From assembly GCA_902774285.1 (NCBI GenBank), contig CACYHO010000004.1, forward strand, positions 4,796 through 68,795: a stretch of 64,000 nt of DNA, given 5' to 3'. The stretch comes from an uncultured Pseudomonadota bacterium. Lineage in GTDB: Bacteria > Pseudomonadota > Alphaproteobacteria > Rs-D84. Position 1 is the stretch's first letter, and every line of letters starts with the position of its first letter. Below are positions 17,331 through 26,769 of this stretch, piece by piece. The position numbers were made by a program, and so were the translations under genes. The notes beneath the pieces are model-generated. The model searched no databases, was not told the origin of the DNA, and saw nothing but the letters and a program-made list of their open reading frames with translations.

Positions 17331-18116
17331 ATGCATTATAATAAAAATATGAATATAAATCAAGCATTCGCAATTTTAGAAAAATCTGGTGACGCACGTG
17401 CGGCCCGAATTATAACAACTAAGTACCCAAAAATTTCTTGGGCACGGACGATTTATTATGCGCATTTATTAAAACGCGGAATGCCTGTGGCAAAAATAAT
17501 TCATTCAAAATGGTTCTATGGTTTGGAATTTTATACCAACAAACATACACTTGATCCACGCCCGGATACCGAAACATTGGTTGAAGCGGTTATCAAAGAT
17601 TGTGATACAAATGAAAAACGCTCTATTTTGGATATGGGGACTGGGACGGGTTGTATAATATGCGCACTTTGTAAAAATATTCCTGACACGTTTGGGGTTG
17701 CGATTGATAAATCAAAATCCGCATTACGTGTTGCAAAAAGAAACATAAAAAAATTACAACTGGATAAACAAATCAAAGCAAAACACGCAAATTTTGCAAC
17801 TTTTAAATCAGATGAAAAATTCAATATTATTGTTTCAAATCCCCCTTATATAAAATACGGTGATGCACACGTTAATATTGGCGCACAATTTGATCCACGA
17901 ATCGCACTGTATGCAAAAAATAACGGCTTATACGCATACGAACAGATTGCAAAAAACGCTAAAAGATTATTAAAAAGCGACGGTAAAATATATCTGGAAA
18001 TTGGTGTTGGGCAATCAAATCAAATTATAAAAATATTTAAATTCTATGGTTGGAATTTTGAACGCGTTGAACCAGATTTATCTGGTATCAATCGTGTATT
18101 AGTATTTAGCCTTTGA
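17331..18116 (+). CDS. prmC: Release-factor glutamine N5-methyltransferase PrmC/HemK
   Basis: SAM motif DMGTGTGCI and NPPY motif (VSNPPYI). The start is ambiguous (17331 or 17349). Confidence 0.8.
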   Translation: MHYNKNMNINQAFAILEKSGDARAARIITTKYPKISWARTIYYAHLLKRGMPVAKIIHSKWFYGLEFYTNKHTLDPRPDTETLVEAVIKDCDTNEKRSILDMGTGTGCIICALCKNIPDTFGVAIDKSKSALRVAKRNIKKLQLDKQIKAKHANFATFKSDEKFNIIVSNPPYIKYGDAHVNIGAQFDPRIALYAKNNGLYAYEQIAKNAKRLLKSDGKIYLEIGVGQSNQIIKIFKFYGWNFERVEPDLSGINRVLVFSL

Positions 18117-18753
18117 AATACGGATTGTGTTTTTTTAACCATTCGATAGTTGTGTCCATACCATGTCCATGGACAACATAAGTTTCATCATCCAAATCTA
18201 TATCATATAAATTCCGAATCGATTGATGTAATTGTTCATGATCACCACCAGGGAAATCGCAACGACCATGGCTGTCCGCAAATAAAGTATCACCCGTTAA
18301 TAAAATTTTATATTGTGGGAAATAAAACATTAAACCACCGGGAGTATGTCCCGGGCTTTCCATTATTTCCATCTTTATACCCGGCAATATCTCAATTGTT
18401 CCAGCCGATAAATTGAGTGGCTTTTTATAATTATCATGAATATGTGGAATTCCAAACATATCTAATAATTCGTTGCCCCACCCGATTAAATAATTATCAT
18501 TTGCATTTAAAAACCAATCTATATTAAAAGCGCGAACGAGTGCTGGTGCAGCAGATATATGATCAGGATGGCCATGCGTTGAATATATCGCACGCAATTT
18601 TAATCCACGTTCCAATAAAACCTTTTCCCAATCTGCTGCTTTACCCCACGCATCAAAAATAACAGCGTCCGTTCCAACACTTACCAATAATGAATTTGTA
18701 TTCACTGGTGGTAAATGTAGGACTTCAAATTTTACTTCATTATTTTTTTGCAT
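18106..18753 (-). CDS. MBL-fold metallo-hydrolase (glyoxalase II-like)
   Basis: HxHxDH motif (STHGHPDHISAAP), followed later by SPGHTPGG. Confidence 0.8.
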   Translation of the reverse strand: MQKNNEVKFEVLHLPPVNTNSLLVSVGTDAVIFDAWGKAADWEKVLLERGLKLRAIYSTHGHPDHISAAPALVRAFNIDWFLNANDNYLIGWGNELLDMFGIPHIHDNYKKPLNLSAGTIEILPGIKMEIMESPGHTPGGLMFYFPQYKILLTGDTLFADSHGRCDFPGGDHEQLHQSIRNLYDIDLDDETYVVHGHGMDTTIEWLKKHNPYFKG

Positions 18754-20665
18754 TTGATTTTTTTACTGTTTTTGTTGTTTTCTTTTTAACAGAAACTTTT
18801 TTGCCAGACACGATTCCAATAATTTCTTCACCAGACAATGTCTCTTTGTCCAACAAAGCTTTCGCAATTTTTTCAACGGTTGTTTTATTTTTAGAAACCA
18901 AATTTTTGGCATCTTTGTATGCGTTTTCTATCCAAACACGAATTTCAGCATCAACTGCTTCCGCTGTTTTTTCAGATGCATTTTCCAGCGCAATTCTTTG
19001 TCCGAAAGTATTTGCCTGGTTAACTGCAACCATACCAATTTTATCAGACAAACCCGCCATGGTAATAGAACGACGCGCAAGACGCGTTGCCATTTCTATA
19101 TCAGATGCAGCACCGGTTGTGATTTTATTTTTACCAAAAAATATTTCTTCTGCGGCACGGCCGGCCAAATCAATCGCTAAATTTGCACGAACTTCTTCCA
19201 ATGTCATTGATACTTTGTCATCAATTGGCAAATGTTGCACCATACCAAGTGCCTGACCACGTGGTATAATTGTAGCCTTGTGAATTGGATCAGTAACATC
19301 CTTGTAATGCACACTTACAAATGCATGCCCTGCTTCGTGATATGCAGTTAATTTTGTATCTTCTGGACGAATCTTGCGGTTCTTTTTTGGGCCCATCAAG
19401 ATTTTATCACGTGCTTCTTCTATATCGTTTTGTTCAACAACTTTGTGTCCAACACGAACTGCATGAAGCGCAGCTTCATTTAACAGATTTTCTAAATCAG
19501 CACCACTGAATCCTGTTGTTCCACGCGCGACATCCATCAATGATACGTGTTCACCAATTTTGAATTTTTTTGCATGCAAATCTAATATATCATGACGTCC
19601 TTCCAAATTTGGCAAATCAATATTTATCTGTCTGTCAAAACGACCTGGACGCAACAAAGCCTTGTCTAACATATCCGGACGATTCGTTGCAGCGATAACT
19701 ATAATGCCTGTATCATTTGAAAAACCATCCATTTCAATCAACAATTGATTAAGTGTTTGTTCGCGATCATTATCATTAAGCGAATGTTTGCTACGGCTTT
19801 GTCCAATCGCATCGATTTCATCAATAAATAAAATACATGGTGCATTACGTTTGGCCAATTCAAAAATTTCTTTTATCTTCGCAACACCCAAACCGACAAT
19901 AATTCCAGAAAAATCACTGCCCGATGTGGCAAAGAACGGGACATTTGCTTCACCAGCAACTGCACGGGCAAGTAATGTTTTACCTGTACCCGGTTCACCA
20001 GACAATAGAATACCACGTGGCACACGCGCACCAAGAGCTTTGAATTTATCTTTATTTTTCAAGAATTCTACAACTTCCATTAATTCTTGTTTTTCAGAAT
20101 CAATCCCGGCAACATCTTTGAATGTTGTTTTTGTTTTACCTGTTGTGATTTTGGTTGGGTTTTGACCGATTAAACTGCGTGTGATACCACCGCCACCATT
20201 TCCGCCACGCATAATACGCAATAACCAAATAAGGAATAAAGCGCTGACCAAAATTGGCAACCATTTTGCAACGCCGTCCCACATTGAATCACGATTATTA
20301 ATGGAAACAACCGCGCCATTTTTAGATATTTTTTCCAATAATTCCGGATTATAAGTGATTGTTGCACGGTATGGTGTCCCATCTTTCAAAACGCCTGTTG
20401 CAATATCATCTTTGTTGATATCCATTGTTTTAATATCATTTGCACGACGCAACACATCAGAAAAAGACAATTCAATTGGTTTTTTTACTTGCGCGTTATC
20501 TTTGACAAGTGTATTACCAACATTGCCGACAAATATTATGCGCGCAATCAATGCGATAAACAATACAGCAAACGCAATTAAATAAAATTTAGAACCATCT
20601 TTCTTTTTAAATATGTCTTTTTTCATGTCTTTTCCTAAAACTTGTTCGTTTTCCTTCTGGGACAA
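18740..20665 (-). CDS. ftsH: ATP-dependent zinc metalloprotease FtsH
   Basis: Walker A GEPGTGKT, SRH region, zinc motif HEAGHA. Full-length FtsH architecture with two N-terminal TM segments. Confidence 0.97.
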   Translation of the reverse strand: MSQKENEQVLGKDMKKDIFKKKDGSKFYLIAFAVLFIALIARIIFVGNVGNTLVKDNAQVKKPIELSFSDVLRRANDIKTMDINKDDIATGVLKDGTPYRATITYNPELLEKISKNGAVVSINNRDSMWDGVAKWLPILVSALFLIWLLRIMRGGNGGGGITRSLIGQNPTKITTGKTKTTFKDVAGIDSEKQELMEVVEFLKNKDKFKALGARVPRGILLSGEPGTGKTLLARAVAGEANVPFFATSGSDFSGIIVGLGVAKIKEIFELAKRNAPCILFIDEIDAIGQSRSKHSLNDNDREQTLNQLLIEMDGFSNDTGIIVIAATNRPDMLDKALLRPGRFDRQINIDLPNLEGRHDILDLHAKKFKIGEHVSLMDVARGTTGFSGADLENLLNEAALHAVRVGHKVVEQNDIEEARDKILMGPKKNRKIRPEDTKLTAYHEAGHAFVSVHYKDVTDPIHKATIIPRGQALGMVQHLPIDDKVSMTLEEVRANLAIDLAGRAAEEIFFGKNKITTGAASDIEMATRLARRSITMAGLSDKIGMVAVNQANTFGQRIALENASEKTAEAVDAEIRVWIENAYKDAKNLVSKNKTTVEKIAKALLDKETLSGEEIIGIVSGKKVSVKKKTTKTVKKSNAKK

Positions 20666-21578
20666 TCAAAATTCTGTCGTTTAATCTGCGAATTGTGCAA
20701 TGCCCCAATGTAAATTTACAATCAGCACCTAATTTAGATAGTGCCGTTTGTAAAGAATTCAAGCGTACCGGATAAATATCCCCACCTATCTTTTGAATCA
20801 AAGTTCCCAAGAACTTTAATCTAATTTCTTCTGCTTCGTCAAACAAAAAAGACGACACAAATAACGCGCCCCACGAACGAATAACCATTTCCACACGTGA
20901 TTCTATATATTTATCCATCCATTCGCGTGTTCGTGATAAATTTTGAATTGCCAATAAAAGTCGTGCATCACTTATTCCCAAATCATCATTTAGTAAATGT
21001 CTGTTTTTGCGAATTTTAACACGCGTATAGTGTTCATCACTGTTCATAGAATCTACAAAATATTTAATATTATTGTCATCACAATATTGTTTGATTTCAC
21101 TGCGCGACACATCAAGAAGTGGTCGCAAAATCTTTATACCGTTTCTTTCTGATTCTGGCATCATAGCAGCCAGACCATATAAACCACTGCCCCGTGAAAG
21201 ATTCATTAAAAATGTTTCTATTTGATCATCGCTTTGATGTGCAGTTAAAAGATATTCAATATTATTTTCGCGACAGAAATCTGTCATCATTTTATATCGT
21301 GCTTCTCTGGCGGTGGCTTCCAGACCATTTTCCGGTTTATCTTCATCCCAATAAAAAATTTCACATGGAATATTTAATTGATTACAAGTGTCTTTGACAT
21401 ACTTTGTTTCAATATCCGCTTCTGGTCGTAATTGATGATTTACATGCAAACAAACAACATTTGCACCAATATTATGCAACCAATAAAGCAAACACATAGA
21501 ATCAACGCCACCACTGACCGCCACAGCCATTTTGGCATCCTTGTATTTAGCAATAAAATCCGCAAACTTTTGATTCAT
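20607..21578 (-). CDS. tilS: tRNA(Ile)-lysidine synthase TilS
   Basis: PP-loop SGGVDS. Conserved position upstream of ftsH. Confidence 0.88.
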   Translation of the reverse strand: MNQKFADFIAKYKDAKMAVAVSGGVDSMCLLYWLHNIGANVVCLHVNHQLRPEADIETKYVKDTCNQLNIPCEIFYWDEDKPENGLEATAREARYKMMTDFCRENNIEYLLTAHQSDDQIETFLMNLSRGSGLYGLAAMMPESERNGIKILRPLLDVSRSEIKQYCDDNNIKYFVDSMNSDEHYTRVKIRKNRHLLNDDLGISDARLLLAIQNLSRTREWMDKYIESRVEMVIRSWGALFVSSFLFDEAEEIRLKFLGTLIQKIGGDIYPVRLNSLQTALSKLGADCKFTLGHCTIRRLNDRILIVPEGKRTSFRKRHEKRHI

Positions 21579-21627
21579 AACAGACTTATTTTATGGTATA
21601 ATTTCGAAAAATAAAGGAAAAAGAAAT

Positions 21628-22194
21628 ATGAACGAAAAAATAAAATCTGTGGCTGTTTATTGTGGCCATCAATTTGGAAACAACCCAGAATATGCACGCG
21701 ACGCACGAAAAGTTGGCGAATTATTGGCGCGCAATAAAATCACCCTTGTTTTTGGTGGTGGTAATGTGGGTTTGATGGGTGCAGTATCCAGTGCGGCCCT
21801 TGAAAACGGTGGTAATGTAATCGGGATATCGACAACACACGTTATGTCCTTGCAAGAACCCGCCCACAAAGGACTGGACGTAAAAGTCGTAGATGGGCTA
21901 TCCACGCGCAAAGAAGAAATGTTCGATTTATCAGATGCTTTTGTTATTTTACCGGGTGGGATTGGAACTCTTGATGAAATGACAGATATTATGACCAAGC
22001 AACAAGTCGGAGAATCTCATAAACCAATATATATGATGAATACTGCTAAATATTGGGAAATTTTCGGTCAAGTTATGACACATATGCAGAACGAAGGCTT
22101 TATGCCAAATTCAGAAATATTCAATTTACATGTTGTTAACTCACCAGAAGAACTTATTAAAAGACTAGTCGATGGCAAAGACCTTGTCGCGTGA
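21628..22194 (+). CDS. LOG-family (TIGR00730) nucleotide phosphoribohydrolase
   Basis: GGGNVGLMG and PGGIGTLDE motifs. Confidence 0.85.
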   Translation: MNEKIKSVAVYCGHQFGNNPEYARDARKVGELLARNKITLVFGGGNVGLMGAVSSAALENGGNVIGISTTHVMSLQEPAHKGLDVKVVDGLSTRKEEMFDLSDAFVILPGGIGTLDEMTDIMTKQQVGESHKPIYMMNTAKYWEIFGQVMTHMQNEGFMPNSEIFNLHVVNSPEELIKRLVDGKDLVA

Positions 22195-22398
22195 AGTTTG
22201 ACCTTTTAATATTTTGATTTTTGATTTTGGGACATCCAAATATTCGGATAACAATTCAACAACGGCTGAATTTGCACGTCCATTTTCGGGTGCAACAGTC
22301 GTGTAAACACGCAAAACACCATCGTTTTCAACGACTTTATTTTGTTTTGCGTGTGGTGTTACACGAACATTAAAAATCTTCGACAAATCTTTCATCAC
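22165..22398 (-). CDS. DUF167/YggU-family protein
   Basis: 77 aa. VTPHAKQNKV ... GRANSAVVELL pattern typical of YggU. Confidence 0.7.
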   Translation of the reverse strand: MMKDLSKIFNVRVTPHAKQNKVVENDGVLRVYTTVAPENGRANSAVVELLSEYLDVPKSKIKILKGQTSRDKVFAID

Positions 22399-22717
22399 TC
22401 ATTATATGAATGTGGAAATGCATCACAGATTGACCTGCGCCACGACCTGTATTTGCAACTGTTCTGAAATTATCGCGCAACCCAAGTTTTTCAACTGTAT
22501 TACGAACCCCGCTCCAAAAAGCCATTTGAAAATCTGCCGGTGCATTTTGTGTAAAATCAAAGATATCAGTATATTCCCCACGTGGGATTACCAATACATG
22601 AACTTTTGCCCTTGGTGCAACATCATAAAAAGCCAACACATTATCATCACTGTAAACAGTTTTATTTGGAATTTCTCCGCGTAAAATTTTTGCGAAAACA
22701 TTATCTTTGTTATACAT
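22370..22717 (-). CDS. HIT-family (HinT-like) nucleotide hydrolase
   Basis: Histidine triad HFHIHI. N-terminal FAKILRGEIP. Confidence 0.88.
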   Translation of the reverse strand: MYNKDNVFAKILRGEIPNKTVYSDDNVLAFYDVAPRAKVHVLVIPRGEYTDIFDFTQNAPADFQMAFWSGVRNTVEKLGLRDNFRTVANTGRGAGQSVMHFHIHIMSDERFVEDF

Positions 22718-22719
22718 CT

Positions 22720-23070
22720 TTAACGTCCTTTTTGTTGTTGTGATTGGTGTTGTTTTAACAATGGAATATAAGTTTTTTGATAATTACCAATTTTAAGTGT
22801 ATCAAATGTTAAAGTATCTGACGTTATAACCGTCGCCCCGTCTTTAACATGTGAAAACATAGTATCTTTTTTCATTTGTTCTAATTTGATAGCATCCATT
22901 TCCAATCTAATTTTAGAACGTTTTAATTCTTCGCCCGCAATCGCACATAACATAATCAAAAGAAATGTTATCAAGCACCCATTCAAAGGTGAAATTTGAA
23001 CTTCTGTTTTTCTTTCGACATGTTCATTTTGGTTATTATGGTTATTACTACTTACTTTACTCATAAACAC
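22720..23070 (-). CDS. Hypothetical membrane-anchored protein
   Basis: 116 aa with a single TM segment (CLITFLLIMLCAIAG). No recognised motif. Confidence 0.45.
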   Translation of the reverse strand: MFMSKVSSNNHNNQNEHVERKTEVQISPLNGCLITFLLIMLCAIAGEELKRSKIRLEMDAIKLEQMKKDTMFSHVKDGATVITSDTLTFDTLKIGNYQKTYIPLLKQHQSQQQKGR

Positions 23071-23123
23071 TACCCTTTCTTTATATTCATAAACTGTACA
23101 TCAAATATATATAAAATCAAGGA

Positions 23124-23151
23124 CTTGAAATACTAATTTTTTGCACTATAT
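23124..23151 (+). promoter_or_regulatory. Sigma32-like heat-shock promoter upstream of groES
   Basis: CTTGAAA at 23124-23130, 13-nt spacer, then CACTATAT at 23144-23151 (compare CTTGAAA-N13-15-CCCCATNT). No CIRCE inverted repeat was seen. Confidence 0.5.
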
Positions 23152-23177
23152 TTGACGCATAGCAAAGGAGTTTTTTA

Positions 23178-23462
23178 ATGTTTAAACCATTGCACAATTA
23201 TATTTTATTAGAAAGAATAGAAGAAGAAAATAAAACAGCCGGTGGAATTATTATACCGGATAATGCGAAAGAAAAACCTTCCCGCGGACGCGTAATTGCG
23301 ACTGGTGATGGTATATATGAAAACGGTCAAAAAGTACCTGTATCCGTCAAAAAAGATGATGTTGTATTGTTTGCTAAATGGGCATCATCTGCTAATGAAG
23401 TCAAAATTGACGGTAAAGATTATGTTTTAATCAAAGAATCTGACATACTTGGAATTTTATAA
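23178..23462 (+). CDS. groES: Co-chaperonin GroES
   Basis: 94 aa with the GGIIIPD mobile loop region. Immediately upstream of groEL. Confidence 0.97.
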   Translation: MFKPLHNYILLERIEEENKTAGGIIIPDNAKEKPSRGRVIATGDGIYENGQKVPVSVKKDDVVLFAKWASSANEVKIDGKDYVLIKESDILGIL

Positions 23463-23474
23463 AAGGAATAAACA

Positions 23475-25091
23475 ATGGCAAAAGATATTGTTTTTAATAC
23501 TGACAAACTGGCGGCGGGAGTTGATAAATTGGCGAACGCTGTAAAAATTACTATGGGCCCAAAGGGTCGCACAGTTGTTATTGAACGCGCTTATGGTGCA
23601 CCTGTTGCAACCAAAGACGGCGTAACAGTTGCAAAAGAAGTTTCTTTAAAAGATAATGCCGAAAATATCGGCGCAAAGATGATTCAAGAAGTTGCAAAAC
23701 GCGCTGGTGATAGTGCCGGTGACGGAACAACAACAGCAACAGTATTGGCACAAAACCTTTTCAAAGAAGGACGTCGTGTTATTGCTGCCGGTATGAATCC
23801 AATGGATGTTAAACGCGGTATTGATATTGCAGTTGAAGCCGTAGTTGCGGATATTGAAAAACATGCGCGCCCAGTCAAAGATTCATCTGAAATTGCGCAA
23901 GTTGCAACAATTTCTGCAAACAGCGATTCTGATATTGGCCAAAAAATTGCTGACGCCATGGAAAAAGTCGGCAAAGAAGGTGTTATCACTGTTCAAGAAG
24001 CAAAAGGCCTGGACACAGAAATCGATGTGGTCGAAGGTATGCAATTCGATCAAGGCTTCATGTCACCCTATTTCGTCACAAACAGCGAAAAAATGTTGGC
24101 CGAATTGGAAAATGCCGCAATCTTGGTTTCTGAAAAGAAAATCACAGGCTTGCAAGCATTGCTTCCTATTTTAGAGCCAATAGCTCAATCTGGTCGCCCA
24201 TTATTAATTATCGCAGAAGATGTTGAATCTGAAGCTTTGGCAACATTGGTTTTGAATCGTTTGCGTGGTGGATTGAAAGTTTGCGCTGTAAAGGCACCTG
24301 GCTTTGGCGACCGTCGTAAAGAAATGCTGAAAGATATCGCAATTGTAACTGGTGCAACAGTTATTTCCGATGATATGGGTATGACTTTTGAAAACATCAA
24401 TCAATCAGTGTTGGGTTCTGCAAAGCGCGTCGTTGTTTCCAAAGATAAAACATTATTGGTTAACGGCAGTGGCGACAGCGAAATGATAAAAGCGCGCGCT
24501 GATGAAATCCGCAAAGCATTGAAAGATACAACCAGCGATTATGATCGTGAAAAATTAGCCGAAAGATTGGCAAAATTGGTTGGCGGTGTTGCTGTTATCC
24601 ATGTTGGTGGAATGACAGAAGTTGAAGTTAAAGAAAAGAAAGACCGCGTCGATGACGCATTGGCTGCTACACGTGCTGCCGTTGCCGAAGGCATTGTTGC
24701 CGGTGGCGGTGTCGCTTTAGTTCGTGCTGTTGAATCTTTAAAAGGTTTAACCGGTGCAAACACAGATCAAAATGTTGGTATCGACATTGTCCGTCGTGCA
24801 ATCATTACGCCATGTATGCAGATTGCAGAAAATGCAGGCGTATCTGGTGAAATCGTTGTCGGTAAAATCATGGAAAACAAAGATTATAATTTCGGATATA
24901 ATGCCCAAACAGGTGAATATGTTGATATGATGAAATCTGGAATTATCGATCCGGCCAAGGTTGTAAAGACAGCAATTCAAGCAGCTGCATCAACCGCAGG
25001 TGTATTGCTTACAACTGGCGCAGTAATGTCTGAAATTCCAGAAGAAAAATCAAGCAGCCCTGCAACACCGGGTATGCCTGGAATGATGTAA
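23475..25091 (+). CDS. groEL: Chaperonin GroEL
   Basis: Full-length GroEL ([12 protein letters not shown]) with the C-terminal GMPGMM tail. Confidence 0.98.
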   Translation: MAKDIVFNTDKLAAGVDKLANAVKITMGPKGRTVVIERAYGAPVATKDGVTVAKEVSLKDNAENIGAKMIQEVAKRAGDSAGDGTTTATVLAQNLFKEGRRVIAAGMNPMDVKRGIDIAVEAVVADIEKHARPVKDSSEIAQVATISANSDSDIGQKIADAMEKVGKEGVITVQEAKGLDTEIDVVEGMQFDQGFMSPYFVTNSEKMLAELENAAILVSEKKITGLQALLPILEPIAQSGRPLLIIAEDVESEALATLVLNRLRGGLKVCAVKAPGFGDRRKEMLKDIAIVTGATVISDDMGMTFENINQSVLGSAKRVVVSKDKTLLVNGSGDSEMIKARADEIRKALKDTTSDYDREKLAERLAKLVGGVAVIHVGGMTEVEVKEKKDRVDDALAATRAAVAEGIVAGGGVALVRAVESLKGLTGANTDQNVGIDIVRRAIITPCMQIAENAGVSGEIVVGKIMENKDYNFGYNAQTGEYVDMMKSGIIDPAKVVKTAIQAAASTAGVLLTTGAVMSEIPEEKSSSPATPGMPGMM

Positions 25092-25100
25092 AAAATAAAA

Positions 25101-25125
25101 ACCACCCTTTTGGGTGGTTTTTTTT
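25101..25125. terminator. Bidirectional terminator hairpin after groEL
   Basis: ACCACCC-tttt-GGGTGGT followed by a T-run. Confidence 0.7.
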
Positions 25126-25846
25126 ATTTTACTTTTTCAAATGCACGTAATAATTGCTTTTTATAAAAATCAGACATGACGCGTTTTTTCTCATTTGTCC
25201 AAATTTTTATTTCTTTATCTGGTGTTCGGATTGCAACAGCATCAATTTCACCTTCGTATGTCACATAAACAAATATTGGCTGATGGACACATTGTCTTAC
25301 CAATGTTTTATCATAATCTACACAAATCTTTGCACGCATTCCGCCCAAAAGCGTTTTGAATACCGGTACAACCCCAACCATATTTTGTGATATTTTTTTT
25401 GCCAGACAACGATTATCCGTGGTTTGATATCCGCAATTTTCATAAAAACTTACCGCACCATTCAACGATACAACAGACATATTTGGCACAATCAAATTTG
25501 CCGCACGTTCACTTTGGACAAGCAATTTTTTACCAATACCCATACCGTTATATTGCGGATTCACATATAAATTACGCAAATACATTGTTGATTTATCTTC
25601 GCGATACCCGGTTACAAAACCAACCATAATTTTGTCATCATACGCGGCAAACGCAAAATTATATTTTTCATGTTTCCAATCATCCATATGCCCCTTGAAT
25701 ATGCGATTTCTGTCAGAATCATCAGTACGATATCCATATTTTACCGTATCACACAACATTTCCAGACGTGTAAAATCAGACCAGATTTTTGGATTCGCCA
25801 TCTGGTCAAAGATTGGTACAATTCTGATATCTTGGTTTGTTTGCAT
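25124..25846 (-). CDS. GNAT-family N-acetyltransferase with a C-terminal extension
   Basis: Acetyl-CoA motif region LYVNPQYNGMGIGKKLL. Confidence 0.65.
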   Translation of the reverse strand: MQTNQDIRIVPIFDQMANPKIWSDFTRLEMLCDTVKYGYRTDDSDRNRIFKGHMDDWKHEKYNFAFAAYDDKIMVGFVTGYREDKSTMYLRNLYVNPQYNGMGIGKKLLVQSERAANLIVPNMSVVSLNGAVSFYENCGYQTTDNRCLAKKISQNMVGVVPVFKTLLGGMRAKICVDYDKTLVRQCVHQPIFVYVTYEGEIDAVAIRTPDKEIKIWTNEKKRVMSDFYKKQLLRAFEKVK

Positions 25847-25948
25847 ACTTACACCCCCAACACTTTAAATATAGTATAAAAAATAATTTTGTCAATACAT
25901 ATGCTTAAAATTTGCAAACCGCCCTTTTTATTGATAGAATTAAAGATT

Positions 25949-26707
25949 ATGTACAAGTTTTTTAGAAAAATTTGGAAAGGTTTTTGGGAACCAGTTTTAC
26001 ATAACGACATTATCCAATGGATTGTCGTTGGATTACTGGCTGGGTTGACTTGGTTTATATTCCTGACTTCGCGCCATAAATTTACAAACACAAAATCATT
26101 AAAGAATTATCGCAAAAAGCCTGTGGTATTCGTGTTCTTTCATGGTCGTTGTGCAATGTTGTCCCCTGTTGTTGCATCAGCACGAATAAAATCTTATTGT
26201 GTTGCATCGCGTCACAAAGACGGGCGAATGATGGCACGTTTACAAAGATTATTTGGATTACGCGCAATTTATGGTTCGACATCCGATGGTGCAGTCGCTG
26301 TGTTAAAGCAAGGTGTCCGTATAATGAAAGATGAAAATGTTTCAATGTGCGTTCCAGTTGACGGACCATCTGGTCCATCATTACGTTTACAAGATGGCGC
26401 ACTTTATTTTGCACGCATGACAGGCGCACCAATTGTACCGGTATGTTTTTCATGTTCGCGCCCTATTTATATGGACAGATGGGATAAATTTATGATTCCA
26501 AAATTATTTGGAACAATATCTTGCTGGATTGGCAAACCAATATATATAGATTCAAAATTACGCGGTGAAGAATTCGAACAAAAACGCAAAGAAATTGAAG
26601 ATTTGATGATAAAACAATTACGTAAATTGGATAAAGATTTTAATTTACCAGAAATAGAAATTGATCTTAATGCCACAGATTATAAAAAACATTTGCGTGG
26701 CAAATAA
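25949..26707 (+). CDS. DUF374-type lysophospholipid acyltransferase-like protein
   Basis: FFHGR ... ASRHKDGRMMARL ... VPVDGPSGP ... GAPIVPV pattern typical of DUF374. ATG at 25949 chosen (MYKFFRKIW). Confidence 0.65.
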   Translation: MYKFFRKIWKGFWEPVLHNDIIQWIVVGLLAGLTWFIFLTSRHKFTNTKSLKNYRKKPVVFVFFHGRCAMLSPVVASARIKSYCVASRHKDGRMMARLQRLFGLRAIYGSTSDGAVAVLKQGVRIMKDENVSMCVPVDGPSGPSLRLQDGALYFARMTGAPIVPVCFSCSRPIYMDRWDKFMIPKLFGTISCWIGKPIYIDSKLRGEEFEQKRKEIEDLMIKQLRKLDKDFNLPEIEIDLNATDYKKHLRGK

Positions 26708-26726
26708 AAATAACTTAAACAAAAAA

Positions 26727-26749
26727 GGGTCGATTAATTCGACCCTTTT
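26727..26749. terminator. Bidirectional terminator hairpin
   Basis: GGGTCGA-ttaat-TCGACCC flanked by an A-run and a T-run. Confidence 0.7.
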
Positions 26750-26769
26750 TCTTTTCGCTTTTTTTCAGA

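Noticed and set aside
22165-22194. 30-nt convergent overlap of the LOG-family gene and the DUF167 gene, as a possible antisense regulatory arrangement.
   Set aside because: Short 3'-end overlaps are common in compact genomes. No hairpin or other signal suggests a specific function.
23071-23177. CIRCE (TTAGCACTC-N9-GAGTGCTAA) operator upstream of groES.
   Set aside because: No such inverted repeat is present. Only a sigma32-like CTTGAAA ... CACTATAT pair was found.
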